Source: a virus. Taken from it: 64,000 nt of DNA. How positions within the stretch are numbered: the first letter of the stretch is position 1; each line of letters begins with the position of its first letter. This document shows, in pieces, positions 62,732 to 64,000 of the stretch. A model generated the notes under the pieces. The model saw nothing but the letters and a program-made list of their open reading frames with translations, searched no databases and was not told the DNA's origin. Where the stretch lies: the IMG/VR virus record IMGVR_UViG_3300035698_016797, positions 1 to 64,000 of that record; one strand, 5' to 3'. The position numbers were made by a program, and so were the translations under genes.

Positions 62732-63058
62732 ATGATGGATAGCAAAGAAATTATACTCAGAATGCTCGACGTCATTCTTGCCGAAGCATTGATTGAAAGA
62801 GCATCACAAATAAGATTCATCGACATCAGTGATGTCAAATTGTCGGTAGAATTTCTAATTGACGATGAGTGGGAAATTTGTGAAGAGATTCCTATTTATC
62901 TAGCGGACTCTATTCTTGAAGGAATCGTTTCCGTGGACAACACAATCAGAAATACCACCTTGCCTTTTGGAGATCAAAAAGAAACTGCCGTTAAAATCAT
63001 AGTCTCTCAACGTGACAATGTTACAACGGTTAAGCTAGAACCATGTCAACCACAATAG
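62732..63058 (+). CDS. Stand-alone GspE/PilB N-terminal-domain-like protein
   Basis: ILRMLDVILAEALIERASQIRF...VEFLIDD...EIP resembles the A..RASDIH...R.RIDG region of secretion ATPases; no Walker A motif. Confidence 0.5.
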   Translation: MMDSKEIILRMLDVILAEALIERASQIRFIDISDVKLSVEFLIDDEWEICEEIPIYLADSILEGIVSVDNTIRNTTLPFGDQKETAVKIIVSQRDNVTTVKLEPCQPQ

Positions 63059-63635
63059 AATGTGAGTTCCCATTCAAATCTTGCGTCCTGATAACAGAAC
63101 TTGGCTTAAGTGGAATAGTAGTAGCCGTCCTTTGGGACAGAGATGGAGTATTATACAAAGTAAGATATTTCCATGAAAAATCTGCAAAGGAAGTCTATTT
63201 CTTCTTTGAGGAATTGACAGCTGTTACCAGCGAGGATGGCACACCGAAAATGATAGGATTTGTGAAGTAATGGCAATCTTTATAATTTTAATAGGAATAC
63301 TAACACTAAGGTTTGTGTACTGCAAAACCAGGATGCCACACTACTCTGAGCCTCCTCCAAGAATTGTCTCAAAAGCTACCTCTTATGGATATGGAAATCA
63401 CACCTTTCATGCTAATTCAACCAAAGAGGCTGAACAAATCATGGCTTCCTTCGATAGGGCTGACAAAAGGGATAAAATAGAAGAAGCTTTGAAAAAATTT
63501 AATTGGTGTCACATTTTGGACGCACGCAGGAAGTGTTCATTATGTGGCATTGATAGATATAGTCCAGAGTGGGAAACAAGATGTCCACAATCAAGCTACG
63601 AAATATGTGTAGAACACTACGGATTGAACCCGTGA
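63043..63635 (+). other. Small hypothetical CDSs (63043-63270, 63270-63635)
   Basis: Overlapping start/stop codons. Confidence 0.55.
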
Positions 63636-63684
63636 GTTCATTTTAGAGGAACAAATTCAAATAAAAAATTGGACGAGAACAATC

Positions 63685-64000
63685 ATGAGTAAACAAAAAC
63701 ATAGAAGACAAACCGTGTGGGTTGGTGGAGACTTCCACTTTGATCACTGGCCAATCAATTTCCATTGCAACAGAGGATTCGACAACGTTGACGATATGAA
63801 TGATGCTCTCGTTCACAATTGGAACAGCAGAGTAAATAAAGGTGACCTGATGATTGTAGTTGGTGACCTTGCGTGGAAGCGACACAGAAAGTGGTGCAAC
63901 GTCCTGAACGGGAGTAAGATTCTCGTGCGAGGAAACCACGACAAGATGCCATTGCTGTCACTAGAACAATTCTCAGAGGTACACGACACGTTGTGCCGTA
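63685..64000 (+). CDS. Calcineurin-like metallophosphoesterase (3'-truncated)
   Basis: GDFHFDH; VVGDLA; RGNHD. Confidence 0.88.
   Translation, partial: MSKQKHRRQTVWVGGDFHFDHWPINFHCNRGFDNVDDMNDALVHNWNSRVNKGDLMIVVGDLAWKRHRKWCNVLNGSKILVRGNHDKMPLLSLEQFSEVHDTLCR

Noticed and set aside
1-64000. Alternative genetic code (stop-codon reassignment)
   Set aside because: Known genes are full length in the standard code, TAG/TGA/TAA all end genes, and no suppressor tRNA was seen

Overview
64 kb segment of a large dsDNA bacteriophage genome (inferred from the dense hypothetical ORFs, 13 canonical tRNAs, tmRNA, class II ribonucleotide reductase, dCMP deaminase, RNA ligase, RuvB and free-standing HNH nucleases; no structural genes or rRNA seen). 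Genes run on the minus strand from about 2 to 12 kb and on the plus strand thereafter. Three things stand out. (1) A retron-type reverse transcriptase (46972-48249; NAxxH, YADD and VTG motifs) has no msr-msd upstream. Five dispersed non-coding cassettes lie downstream (48440-48670, 48901-49072, 51275-51523, 55951-56379, 56383-56636). All share one architecture: terminal inverted repeat ending in TT then G, a GATG-N3-CATC hairpin with co-varying flanks, and a variable terminal hairpin followed by AG-AA. This suggests one RT serving several msDNA-like templates. (2) A ubiquitin-like conjugation operon (tri-Ubl precursor, E2, JAB, E1) lies upstream in what appears to be the same transcription unit as the RT. 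(3) A leader-peptide attenuator precedes the tRNA array, and its codons match the downstream tRNAs. All functional calls are from motif recognition by eye; no searches or folding programs were run.
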